The position numbers and the translations under genes are program-made. A stretch of DNA of 64,000 nucleotides from Thermostichus sp. DRC_bins_24 (GTDB lineage Bacteria > Cyanobacteriota > Cyanobacteriia > Thermostichales > Thermostichaceae), in assembly GCA_039794845.1 (NCBI GenBank), contig JAUQVK010000103.1, positions 14,884 to 78,883 of the forward strand, read 5' to 3'. The notes under the pieces are model-generated. The model saw only the letters and a program-made list of their open reading frames with translations, did no database searches and had not been told where the DNA came from. Positions 1-8,418 of the stretch are shown one piece after another; within the stretch, counting starts at the first letter, position 1, and the number at the start of each line of letters is the position of its first letter.

Positions 1-73
1 GGCTCCTGCTCAGGCAGTCCAGAAGGCTCTATCAGGTTTACAGTGAGGATTAAATTCACATGAGGCTCGGCTG

Positions 74-2281
74 ATGACACTGGCTCAGGATGTAACCGCC
101 CAAATCCCCGTCTTTTGTGATGGGATCCAGTATTTCGGGGATCCCTGGCCGGAATTTGAAAGCTTAGGCCGGATCCCAGCGGTGGATGCTACCACAGGCC
201 GCTTGACGGATCCCGGCAGTCGGATGGCCGCTTACCAAACCTTGCTGTATGCCGATGCCCTGCGCTATCTGGTTTTGCAAATGACCGCCAGCAAAGCCTC
301 GGGCCATCCGGGGGGATTTGCCAGCCAAGCAGAGGCTTATGCCGCTCTGGTCTATCTGGGCCACAAAAATATTCCCACAGAGGTGGGCCACCACGCGCCG
401 GGCTTTTATGCCGCCATGTTTTTGGATGGATCCCTGGCGGGGATGGGGATCCACACCGTCTCGGAGTTGCGGGCCCGCTTTCGGGAACGGGAGGGATTGT
501 TGGGGCACCTATCCGGCTACATTCCCGGGTTGCTGGCTCCGGCAGGGCCCTTGGGGCAGGGGCAACATTTTGCCATGGCGGGGGCCTTGCTGTACCCGGA
601 TCGCCTCTTCCCGGTAACCATTGGCGATGGTGGCTTGGGGGAACCCTACGTCATGAGTTCCATGATCCACTTCCACACTGCCTTTCCCCAGCGAACCAAC
701 TTTCTGCCGGTGCTGGTGTGGAATGGCTACAGCCAAGAGCACCACAGCATGGTTTCCACCGCCAGCAATGCCCAAATGGCCGACTATTGGCGGGGCAACG
801 GCTTTGAGAACGTAGTGCTGGTGGATGCCAAAGACTTTGATGATGCCAACCAGCCCGGGCCCTATGTGGACAGCACCCAGTTTTCTCTAGAAGGGCGGAT
901 CCGCTTTGCGCAGCAGGTGCTTACTGAAGTCGAGCGGGCCGCCCAATCGGCGATGGCGGGCCATCTGACGGTGTTTATTATCAAGCAACTGAAGGGATCC
1001 GGTGTGCACGCCAAGGGATCCAAATCCCACAACCTCTACGGCCACCACACCCTGGAAAACCCCGATATCGTCACTGCTCTGCGGGCGCGCGCCCTGGATC
1101 CGGCTGCCTGGGCCTTGGTGCGACAAAACTGTGAACGGGCGGCAGGGGGCCCGGCAGCCAAAGTGGCGGTAACCGAATCCATCCGTCCTTTGCCAGAGCT
1201 GGGATCCCTGAGTTTGACCGAGTTTCCCCTCGGCGATAAGCAGGTTTCCACCACCGCCATGGGATCCCTGGTGGTGCAGGTGGGGCAACAGGATCCTGCC
1301 TTTTTGGTGGCCAATGCCGATGGCAACGAGGCTTCCGGCATCGCCAACATCAACCAGGGCCTGAAGGTGATTCACCCCACGGTGGATCCCCTCTACAACC
1401 AGCAGCCGCAAGGACAGGTCTATGAACCCCTAAGTGAAGATGCCTGTGCAGGGCTGACGGCAGGTTTGGCCCTGTTTGGCGGACGGGCCTTGTGGTGTTC
1501 CTATGAATCTTTTGCCATCAATGGTCTGCCCATCTGGCAGACGGTAACCCAGGCGATGGCGGAATTGCGCCGACCCACCCCCTCCTTGATTGCCCTCTTC
1601 ACCGCCGGGGCCTTGGAGCAGGGGCGCAACGGTTGGACCCACCAACGGCCAGAAATTGAGGCCTACTTGGCGGCCATGATGCGCAACGGCAATGTCTTCC
1701 CCCTCTTTCCACCGGATGCCAACTGCACCCAAGCCGCCTACGAGTGGGCCCTAACCACCCACAACAAAGGGATCCCGATTATTGCCAGCAAAACCCCCCT
1801 GCCCATCCGCACCACCTTGGAGCAGGCCCGCCAAGCGGTAGAACAGGGCTGCACCCTTTTGCAGGAGATCCCCGGATCCCAAACGGTAGTCTTTGCCGTG
1901 GTGGGGGATATGATCCTCCTGCCGGTGTTTGCCGCTGCTGAACAGCTCAAAGCCCAAGGGATCGGATGCAAAATTGTCTCGGTGGTTAATCCCCGTCGTC
2001 TGTATCGCCCCAGCGATGTAGCTTGGTCTACCTGTGCCCAGCCGGATGGAGGCTTTATGGCGGAGGAGGATTTTGCCACGTGGTTTGCTGGAGATGCCCT
2101 GATCGGGGTGACAGGCGGGGCCAGCCTGATGTTGGAGCCGCTGATGTTGCGCCACTCTGGCCCACGGGATTTCTTAGCGTGGAAACGCGGCGAAACCACG
2201 GCCACCCCTACAGAATTGATGGACTTTAATAGCTTGACGGCGGAGGAAATGGTGGAGCGGGCCCTGCGGTTGTTGGGGTAG
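74..2281 (+). CDS. Phosphoketolase / transketolase-like ThDP-dependent enzyme
   Basis: 735 aa; ASGHPGG, GHLSG, GPLGQG and ThDP-binding GDG...N motif (IGDGGLGE...VWNG). Confidence 0.85.
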   Translation: MTLAQDVTAQIPVFCDGIQYFGDPWPEFESLGRIPAVDATTGRLTDPGSRMAAYQTLLYADALRYLVLQMTASKASGHPGGFASQAEAYAALVYLGHKNIPTEVGHHAPGFYAAMFLDGSLAGMGIHTVSELRARFREREGLLGHLSGYIPGLLAPAGPLGQGQHFAMAGALLYPDRLFPVTIGDGGLGEPYVMSSMIHFHTAFPQRTNFLPVLVWNGYSQEHHSMVSTASNAQMADYWRGNGFENVVLVDAKDFDDANQPGPYVDSTQFSLEGRIRFAQQVLTEVERAAQSAMAGHLTVFIIKQLKGSGVHAKGSKSHNLYGHHTLENPDIVTALRARALDPAAWALVRQNCERAAGGPAAKVAVTESIRPLPELGSLSLTEFPLGDKQVSTTAMGSLVVQVGQQDPAFLVANADGNEASGIANINQGLKVIHPTVDPLYNQQPQGQVYEPLSEDACAGLTAGLALFGGRALWCSYESFAINGLPIWQTVTQAMAELRRPTPSLIALFTAGALEQGRNGWTHQRPEIEAYLAAMMRNGNVFPLFPPDANCTQAAYEWALTTHNKGIPIIASKTPLPIRTTLEQARQAVEQGCTLLQEIPGSQTVVFAVVGDMILLPVFAAAEQLKAQGIGCKIVSVVNPRRLYRPSDVAWSTCAQPDGGFMAEEDFATWFAGDALIGVTGGASLMLEPLMLRHSGPRDFLAWKRGETTATPTELMDFNSLTAEEMVERALRLLG

Positions 2282-2361
2282 CATTTGATACCTACAGCTG
2301 GCCCGCCAACGGAGCTGGCTCTCTATCCAGGGATCCAATGCGCAAATAAGGTGAGAAAACT

Positions 2362-2403
2362 GTAACCTAGAATTCCAAAGCGGCGAAGGTAGTGTACTAA
2401 GGT
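2362..2403 (+). promoter_or_regulatory. Putative NtcA-activated promoter
   Basis: GTA-ACCTAGAA-TTC (2362-2375, one mismatch to GTA-N8-TAC), 22 nt, then TAAGGT (TAN3T, 2398-2403) upstream of the hydrolase/cupin pair. Confidence 0.5.
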
Positions 2404-2486
2404 CAATCGTGGTCAGGGGTGGTCAATCGAACTCCCCATCCTTTGACCTACACCATCGGTGGACAACGCGAGCGGAGAAGACCGTG

Positions 2487-3266
2487 ATGAGCACTCCAGA
2501 TCGTCCCTTGAAAACCCTTGGGATCCCTCCCAATGCTTGGGCTGTCAATGCGGAAATGGCCGATATCACCCGTCCGCCCTTGGAGCCCCGGCCTATCCTG
2601 TTGCCCACCTCCACCAAAACGCTGCGGTTGGATCTGGCCAAGGCGGCGATGATCGTCATCGATATGCAGAACGATTTTTGCCATCCCGATGGCTGGTTGG
2701 CCGGTATCGGTGTGGATGTCACCCCAGCCCGGGCTCCGATTGGCCCACTGAAAACCCTGCTCCCCGAGTTACGGCAAGCCCGAGTGCCAATCCTCTGGGT
2801 CAATTGGGGCAACCGACCCGACCTGCTGAACATCAGCGCTGGGCTGCGGCATGTGTACAACCCCACCGGCGAAGGCATTGGGTTGGCAGATCCCTTGCCC
2901 AAAAATGGTGCTCCGGTTCTCACGAAAGGCAGTTGGGCTGCGGCTGTGGTGGATGAGTTGGAGATTAAACCCGAAGATATCTGTGTCGATAAGTTTCGCA
3001 TGAGCGGCTTTTGGGATACCCCCCTCGACAGCATCCTGAAAAATTTGGGGCGTACCACCCTGTTTTTTGGGGGTGTGAATATCGACCAATGCGTCATGAC
3101 TACGCTGCAAGATGCCAACTTCCTCGGCTACGACTGCATTCTGCTGGAAGACTGTGCCGCCACCACTTCGCCGGAATACTGTCTACAGGCCACCCTGTAC
3201 AACGTCAAGCAATGCTTCGGGTTTGTCGCCTCTTCACCCGATTTGCTTGCGGCTCTCCCCCGTTGA
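2487..3266 (+). CDS. Isochorismatase-family cysteine hydrolase (amidohydrolase)
   Basis: IVIDMQNDF, K(FRMSGF), GVNIDQCV give the Asp-Lys-Cys triad; start set at ATG 2487 after a GGAG. Confidence 0.85.
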   Translation: MSTPDRPLKTLGIPPNAWAVNAEMADITRPPLEPRPILLPTSTKTLRLDLAKAAMIVIDMQNDFCHPDGWLAGIGVDVTPARAPIGPLKTLLPELRQARVPILWVNWGNRPDLLNISAGLRHVYNPTGEGIGLADPLPKNGAPVLTKGSWAAAVVDELEIKPEDICVDKFRMSGFWDTPLDSILKNLGRTTLFFGGVNIDQCVMTTLQDANFLGYDCILLEDCAATTSPEYCLQATLYNVKQCFGFVASSPDLLAALPR

Positions 3267-3304
3267 AGCTTGCTAGCTTCTGCCCTTTCACCCGGAGGAT
3301 CTCG

Positions 3305-3772
3305 ATGAAAACGCTCTCCCAACACTGTGTGATCCCGGTTATCAAAACCCCAGCCGACTATCAAGCCTTTCGCATCAGTCCCCACGACAGCAATCGGCTG
3401 GCCATCGTGTTTGATCCTTCCCATTCGCAAGTCTCCCTCACCTTCTGTGTGGAGATCTTTGATGAAGGTGGCAAAACTCCTCCCAATCGCCATCAGCTGG
3501 CCGTAGAGATGTTCTTCATCCTCAAGGGCGAGGGCATTGCCATTTGCGATGGGAAAGCTGCCCCCATCAAAGCTGGAGATAGCATTTTGGTTCCCCCGAC
3601 GGGGGTGCATGAGCTCCACAACACCGGCCCCGGTCGTCTCTACGCCCTGTGCATCATGGTGCCCAACGAAGATTTTGCCGAGTTGATTCGGGCCGGTACC
3701 CCGGCGGCTCTGGACGAGGATGACCTGCAGGTGTTATCCGGGGGCTGGAGAACTGCACTGTCCATAGCTTAG
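3305..3772 (+). CDS. Cupin domain protein
   Basis: TPPNRH...EMFFILKGEG...GDSILVPPTGVHELHN cupin motifs; GGAGG upstream of ATG 3305. Confidence 0.85.
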   Translation: MKTLSQHCVIPVIKTPADYQAFRISPHDSNRLAIVFDPSHSQVSLTFCVEIFDEGGKTPPNRHQLAVEMFFILKGEGIAICDGKAAPIKAGDSILVPPTGVHELHNTGPGRLYALCIMVPNEDFAELIRAGTPAALDEDDLQVLSGGWRTALSIA

Positions 3773-3845
3773 TGTCTATGGCCTAGCAAGAGCGGGTTTG
3801 GCCATTGCAATCCCGATCTCTCTCTCACTCAACAGACTCCTCCCC

Positions 3846-4673
3846 TCAACGATTCAGATACCGTTCTAGGCGTCCCTGAAAAAACGACAGAACCAACGTC
3901 AGCAGCCAGTACCACAGTGCAGCCACCACCAATGCCTCAAAAAAATGTTGCCTCGGCAAACCCGCTTGGCGAGCTCGCCCGATCAACTCCTGCAGAGCAA
4001 TAGCGCTGGCCAAAGCAGTATCCTTCTGCATGGCGATGAATTGGTTGCCGATATCGGGTAGCACAATGCGAAAGGCCTGCGGCAGGATAATCTGCCATAG
4101 GGTTTGCCAAGGTTTCAGTCCCAGGGCATAGGCGGCTTCCGTTTGTCCGCGATGAACGGCTTGGATCCCGGCCCGGAAGATCTCGCTCATGTAAGCGCCG
4201 TAGTTGAGGGTGAGCGCCAGCACTGCGGAGGAAAAAGAATCCAGGACGAGGCCCAATTGCGGCAAGGCTTGGTAGATAAACAGAAATTGCAGAAAGAGGG
4301 GGGTTCCCCGCATTAGAGACACATACAAAGCCGAAAGGCTATTAAGGGGTGCAATCCGGGAAAGCCCCGCCAAGGCCGACAAAAAGGCCAGTGTAGTGGC
4401 ACAGAAGATGGAAACCAGCGACAGCTGAAAGGTGATGCCCACCCCCTGCGAGATAAACCACCACCACTCCCGGACAAAGTTTCCGTTCAAGCGCAGGGTG
4501 CGAATCGGGATCCCTGCCAATTCAAATCGCACTCCACTGAAGGTAAAGGCCAGCAACAACAGCCATATTCCTAACCACAAAGCCCGCGCCACCGGGAAAG
4601 GAATCCCTTTTTGAACTGGGGGCGGTGGCTGAATGTCGACAGGGTTCCCCAGGGGGATGGAGTCCTTGCTCAC
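3846..4673 (-). CDS. Polar amino acid ABC transporter permease
   Basis: RGTPLFLQ, GAYMSEIFRAGIQAVHRGQTEAAYALG (EAA loop), hydrophobic helices. Confidence 0.9.
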   Translation of the reverse strand: MSKDSIPLGNPVDIQPPPPVQKGIPFPVARALWLGIWLLLLAFTFSGVRFELAGIPIRTLRLNGNFVREWWWFISQGVGITFQLSLVSIFCATTLAFLSALAGLSRIAPLNSLSALYVSLMRGTPLFLQFLFIYQALPQLGLVLDSFSSAVLALTLNYGAYMSEIFRAGIQAVHRGQTEAAYALGLKPWQTLWQIILPQAFRIVLPDIGNQFIAMQKDTALASAIALQELIGRARQAGLPRQHFFEALVVAALWYWLLTLVLSFFQGRLERYLNR

Positions 4674-5533
4674 CGGACTTTCTGGGTTAGATCGATGCCG
4701 TAGTAGCGCTCCGAGAGAGCAGTGAGGGTGCCATCGGCGTGCATGGCCTCCAAAATAGTCGAGATTTCGGCCTGCAGACTCTCGGAGTTGGCCGGGCTGG
4801 AGCGATCCAACGCCACCGCCAAGGCTTCGTAATAAACGGGATCCCCTAGGGTTTTGAGCGGCAGGCCCTCTTGAATCGCATTTCCCGCGGTCGGCAGAGC
4901 TGTGAGAACCGCATCCAACCGGACACCATCTCCGAGGGCCAGATCCTGCAGGGCCAAGCTGTCGGTGTCATAAATGCGGATATCCACCCTGGGGGCCGGA
5001 ACTTCGATGGTTTCCCCCTCTAGGGTGAGGGTGCCCTCCAAATAGGCTTGATAGGTGGTAGCAGTGCCAACCCCGACCCGTTTGCCCTCCAAACTGGGAA
5101 TGTCAGCGATGGTGGAGGTTTCATGCACCACAAAACTGGCGGGGGTGTAGTAGTAGGGAATGGTAAAGAGCAGAGCCTGTTGACGTTCGGCGGTCACGGT
5201 CATGGAGCCGACATTCACATCCCAGCGGCCATTCCAGGATCCGGCGGTAATCACATCAAAATTGATATCCAAAAATTCCGCTTCTACCCCCAAGCGACTG
5301 GCAATCTCGCGGGCCACATCCACATCAAAGCCCTCCCAGGTGCCGTCGGGGTTAAGGTAGCTTTGGGGACGATAGTTGGCGTCGGTGGAAACCCGCAGCA
5401 CCCCTCGTTCTTTCACTTGGGCCAACAGATCGCTGCTTTGGGCCATCAAGGATCCCGGCAGCACTCCCAGGGTGAGGCATCCGGCTAGGGTAAGAAAAAA
5501 GGCTTGGAAGGATCTGCGTCGAGAAAAAGACAT
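4670..5533 (-). CDS. Polar amino acid ABC transporter substrate-binding protein (family 3)
   Basis: Signal-like N-terminus, GFDVDVAREIA, MTVTAERQ..LFTIPYY; overlaps permease start. Confidence 0.9.
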   Translation of the reverse strand: MSFSRRRSFQAFFLTLAGCLTLGVLPGSLMAQSSDLLAQVKERGVLRVSTDANYRPQSYLNPDGTWEGFDVDVAREIASRLGVEAEFLDINFDVITAGSWNGRWDVNVGSMTVTAERQQALLFTIPYYYTPASFVVHETSTIADIPSLEGKRVGVGTATTYQAYLEGTLTLEGETIEVPAPRVDIRIYDTDSLALQDLALGDGVRLDAVLTALPTAGNAIQEGLPLKTLGDPVYYEALAVALDRSSPANSESLQAEISTILEAMHADGTLTALSERYYGIDLTQKVR

Positions 5534-5731
5534 CGGCAAAACCTCGGCTAATTTTGGTGAAGAGTAACCCTATTGGGATCGATCTAAGATACCAAAGGCT
5601 GCCACAGTCCCTGCCCTAAGACGGTATCACCCGACACGAACCCTTACAGCAGGGATCCCTGGCGGATCCCCTAGGAATGGTTTGCTCGCAGAATTTACTC
5701 ATTTCATTGGTGATCCTGTAAGCAGGAACTC

Positions 5732-5878
5732 TTTACAGCTCTTGCGCGGGTCTTCCAGGACAAGGCTTGTGCTTCCTGTTCTCGCTCCGCAAGGTGCGGA
5801 GCACCAGCCCTCCAAAGTGTAGTTGTTACATGTGACTGGCGGACACGCCGGTGTGCCCTAGGCATAAAGGGCTGTAAA
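5732..5878 (+). mobile_element. MITE-like non-coding element, copy 1
   Basis: Imperfect terminal inverted repeats TTTACAGCTCTTGCGC ... GCATAAAGGGCTGTAAA; interior aligns by eye with copies at 30940, 43677, 59155. Confidence 0.7.
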
Positions 5879-6342
5879 CTTTCTCAACGCCTTTCGGCAT
5901 CTCTCTGACACCAACATCCTTCCTTCCACCAAGGTATGAAGCCCGTACCACCAGCAGTTTCTCTTCCTCAACCTTCAGCTCAGGAAAAAGCCTCGACACT
6001 TACCCTGAAGAGGATGAGAGCATTCTGGTCAACTCACCCGGCAAAAACGCTTCCGACTTGTGAAAGATTGGCCAGGAATTGAAATGGCCTTTCTCTCACT
6101 ACCGGCGGGTGCTCCCTCCCTACAGCCTCTCCCAAGCCTCGCTCGCCGCTTCTGCCAGCACAGCCAGACTTAACCCAGGCATAACCTGCTCTTTACTTCA
6201 GTTCGAAGGGCAAACGGTAAGGTGTTGTCAGGAACACTCATCCTTCGCCACGAATTCAGCATCGACGGCAGCTTATTGCTGTTGGTCTGCAGGAGGAAGC
6301 CCAACGACCAGTGTGCTCAGTTTGCCCTAGCGGAGCCAATCC

Positions 6343-6981
6343 ATGCCTGAAACGATGCCCAACCATGCTGCTGCCAGCTTGCCCACACGGGAGCGCCAAC
6401 TGCTGGAAGACCTCTACCGGGGCCGCAGTTTATCCCCCTATACTTCTGGCCAAACCATTCCTTTGTCTCCGGATGAGTGGGTCATCGTTTGCCGGGGTGT
6501 GGTGCAACTGACTACCCTTTATCCGAATGGCGGTGAGGCGTTGTTGGGATTTGCCGGGCCCTCTATGCCTCTGGGATCCCCCTTGACAATGTTGGATCCT
6601 TACCAGGCTACGGCTCTGACGGCGGTTGATGTGTTGCGGCTGCCCGCAGCGGAAGTGGAAGCTTCAGAAACCCTAAGCCAGGGCTTGCTCAAACAGGTGC
6701 TGCGCCGGCTGCGACAAACCGAAGCGTTGCTGGCCTTGGCCGGACGGCGACGGGTGGAGGATCGGCTGCGCCAGTTGCTCTCCCTTTTGGCCGTAGAACT
6801 GGGATCCCCGACAGCAGCGGGCATTCGGATTAACGTGCGCCTTACCCATCAGGATTTGGCCAATGCCATCGGCACCACTCGGGTCACCATTACCCGCCTC
6901 TTGAACCGCTTTCGGCAACAGGGCTGGATTACTCTGGATAAGCATCGCCACCTTGTGATCAAGCTCCCGAATGCTGCCTAG
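6343..6981 (+). CDS. Crp/Fnr family transcriptional regulator
   Basis: cNMP-like N-domain and C-terminal HTH RLTHQDLANAIGTTRVTITRLL. Confidence 0.9.
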   Translation: MPETMPNHAAASLPTRERQLLEDLYRGRSLSPYTSGQTIPLSPDEWVIVCRGVVQLTTLYPNGGEALLGFAGPSMPLGSPLTMLDPYQATALTAVDVLRLPAAEVEASETLSQGLLKQVLRRLRQTEALLALAGRRRVEDRLRQLLSLLAVELGSPTAAGIRINVRLTHQDLANAIGTTRVTITRLLNRFRQQGWITLDKHRHLVIKLPNAA

Positions 6982-7308
6982 GATCCACTAGACATGGGCC
7001 GAATTTACTGTCCCCTAGACATGGGCCGAAGCTCGTTCCCGAGCCTTAGCCGGCTCACCTATAGCCCTCAGCTTGGTGTTTCCCCCGCGTGCTCCTTCTA
7101 CATTGCAGGTGGATTGGGCCAGTCTGCTCCGGCACCCTCCAAGATCCGTAAAGACACCCCCACCCGGGCTTGTGGGGTTTTGCTGTTGTTGGGGTGAACA
7201 GCGGACTTTGCCATGGGCAAGAGCACAGTATCCTGAGAAAGTCAGGGGTTGAGAGTGCCAATGGTGTCTGAATTGGGAAGCCATGACGACAATCACAACG
7301 CAACGGAG

Positions 7309-7830
7309 ATGGCTATCTCCTTGGAGGAACTAGCCGTAGACTTTGTTCGCCATGGCATCGCCGAAGAACCGCAAGCGGAGATGGAGGATGCTTTCCGGGC
7401 CTTGACAGACGAAGGCCGCAAGCGCTGCCGTAAAATTGCCCGCCAACTGAAAGAGATGGGCTGGAGGTGGAGTGCCATCCTCACCAGTCCTCTCGTACGC
7501 GCCCGCCAAACGGCTGAGATCTTCTCGGATGAGGGCCTTGCCAAAAGCGTAGAGGTATTTGAGCCTCTGGCCCCAGGGGGAAGTTTCGCCGATCTGGTGC
7601 GCTGGCAGACCCAGCAGGATCCCCTCACCTCTTTGGCCTTGGTGGGTCACCAGCCGGATCTAAGCCTATGGGTACAGTCGGCCATCGGGTTGCGCCCGAC
7701 CAACAGCCAAACTCAAGCGATCACCCTCAAAAAAGCAGGTCTGGCCCAAGTGCGGTTTCCTGAAGGGCGTATTGACTACCGACAGGGATCCCTGACTTTG
7801 TTGCTTTCCCCCAAGGTGCTGCTGCGCTGA
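7309..7830 (+). CDS. sixA: Phosphohistidine phosphatase SixA
   Basis: VRHGIAE, RALTDEGR, TSPLVRARQTA, LVGHQPDL, LKKAG motifs. Confidence 0.85.
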   Translation: MAISLEELAVDFVRHGIAEEPQAEMEDAFRALTDEGRKRCRKIARQLKEMGWRWSAILTSPLVRARQTAEIFSDEGLAKSVEVFEPLAPGGSFADLVRWQTQQDPLTSLALVGHQPDLSLWVQSAIGLRPTNSQTQAITLKKAGLAQVRFPEGRIDYRQGSLTLLLSPKVLLR

Positions 7831-8115
7831 GAGGGTGAAATCCATCCATACATATAGTCACTCCAAATAAGAACGATAAACTTTCCGACTCCCCTCTCCC
7901 GCTCTAGGGGAGGTTCTGCGGCTGGTGACACGCTGCGCAAAGGGGGTGAGAGTAGGTGTTGCAAACTCAACTCAAAGGACCCTAACACTCATCCCGATCA
8001 CCTCATTGGGCAAGCTCCCCTGTGGAGCTTCGATGGTGTCGGGGCAAACATGGCGGCCTTCGTTAATTTTTGTTAAGGTTGTTGTGCGAAGTGCAACATT
8101 ATGGAGCATTCAATC

Positions 8116-8310
8116 ATGGCGAAGATCTTCACTCCCGAATTCAACCAGTTCGAGACCATCAACGCCACCCAAGCGTGGTCTTTGTTTTTTACCATCAGCT
8201 CTTCTGATCAACTCTTGGGTCAAAATCCAGCTATCGGTCGTTACATTACCTTGGCTCTGTTCAGCGGTATCCTCACGGGGATCCTGAACGTGCTGGTGGC
8301 CTCTGTGTAG
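8116..8310 (+). CDS. Small hypothetical membrane protein
   Basis: 64 aa ORF with GGAG upstream and C-terminal hydrophobic helix, followed by a hairpin. Confidence 0.6.
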   Translation: MAKIFTPEFNQFETINATQAWSLFFTISSSDQLLGQNPAIGRYITLALFSGILTGILNVLVASV

Positions 8311-8358
8311 TTGATGATAAGGCTCCGCTAGGCATTCCCTTCCGGGGATCCGCCGCTT

Positions 8359-8400
8359 AACCTGAGAGGGAGGATTCTTTCTCTCAGGTTTATCGTTTTT
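8359..8400 (+). terminator. Putative intrinsic terminator
   Basis: AACCTGAGAG (8359-8368) pairs with CTCTCAGGTT (8381-8390), followed by a T-rich tail. Confidence 0.5.
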
Positions 8401-8418
8401 GAACAGTGAACCCCTTCC

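Noticed and set aside
3011..3304. N-terminal extension of the cupin ORF overlapping the hydrolase
   Set aside because: A good ribosome-binding site and ATG at 3305 explain the gene; the extension is an open alternative frame.
5624..5637. GTA-N8-CAC as an NtcA site for the ABC binding-protein gene
   Set aside because: No TAN3T element at the expected spacing on the minus strand.
7888..7952. CTCCCCTCTCCC...GGGGGTGAG palindromic repeat-like sequence
   Set aside because: Resembles common cyanobacterial intergenic repeats but is degenerate, with no clear second copy in this window.
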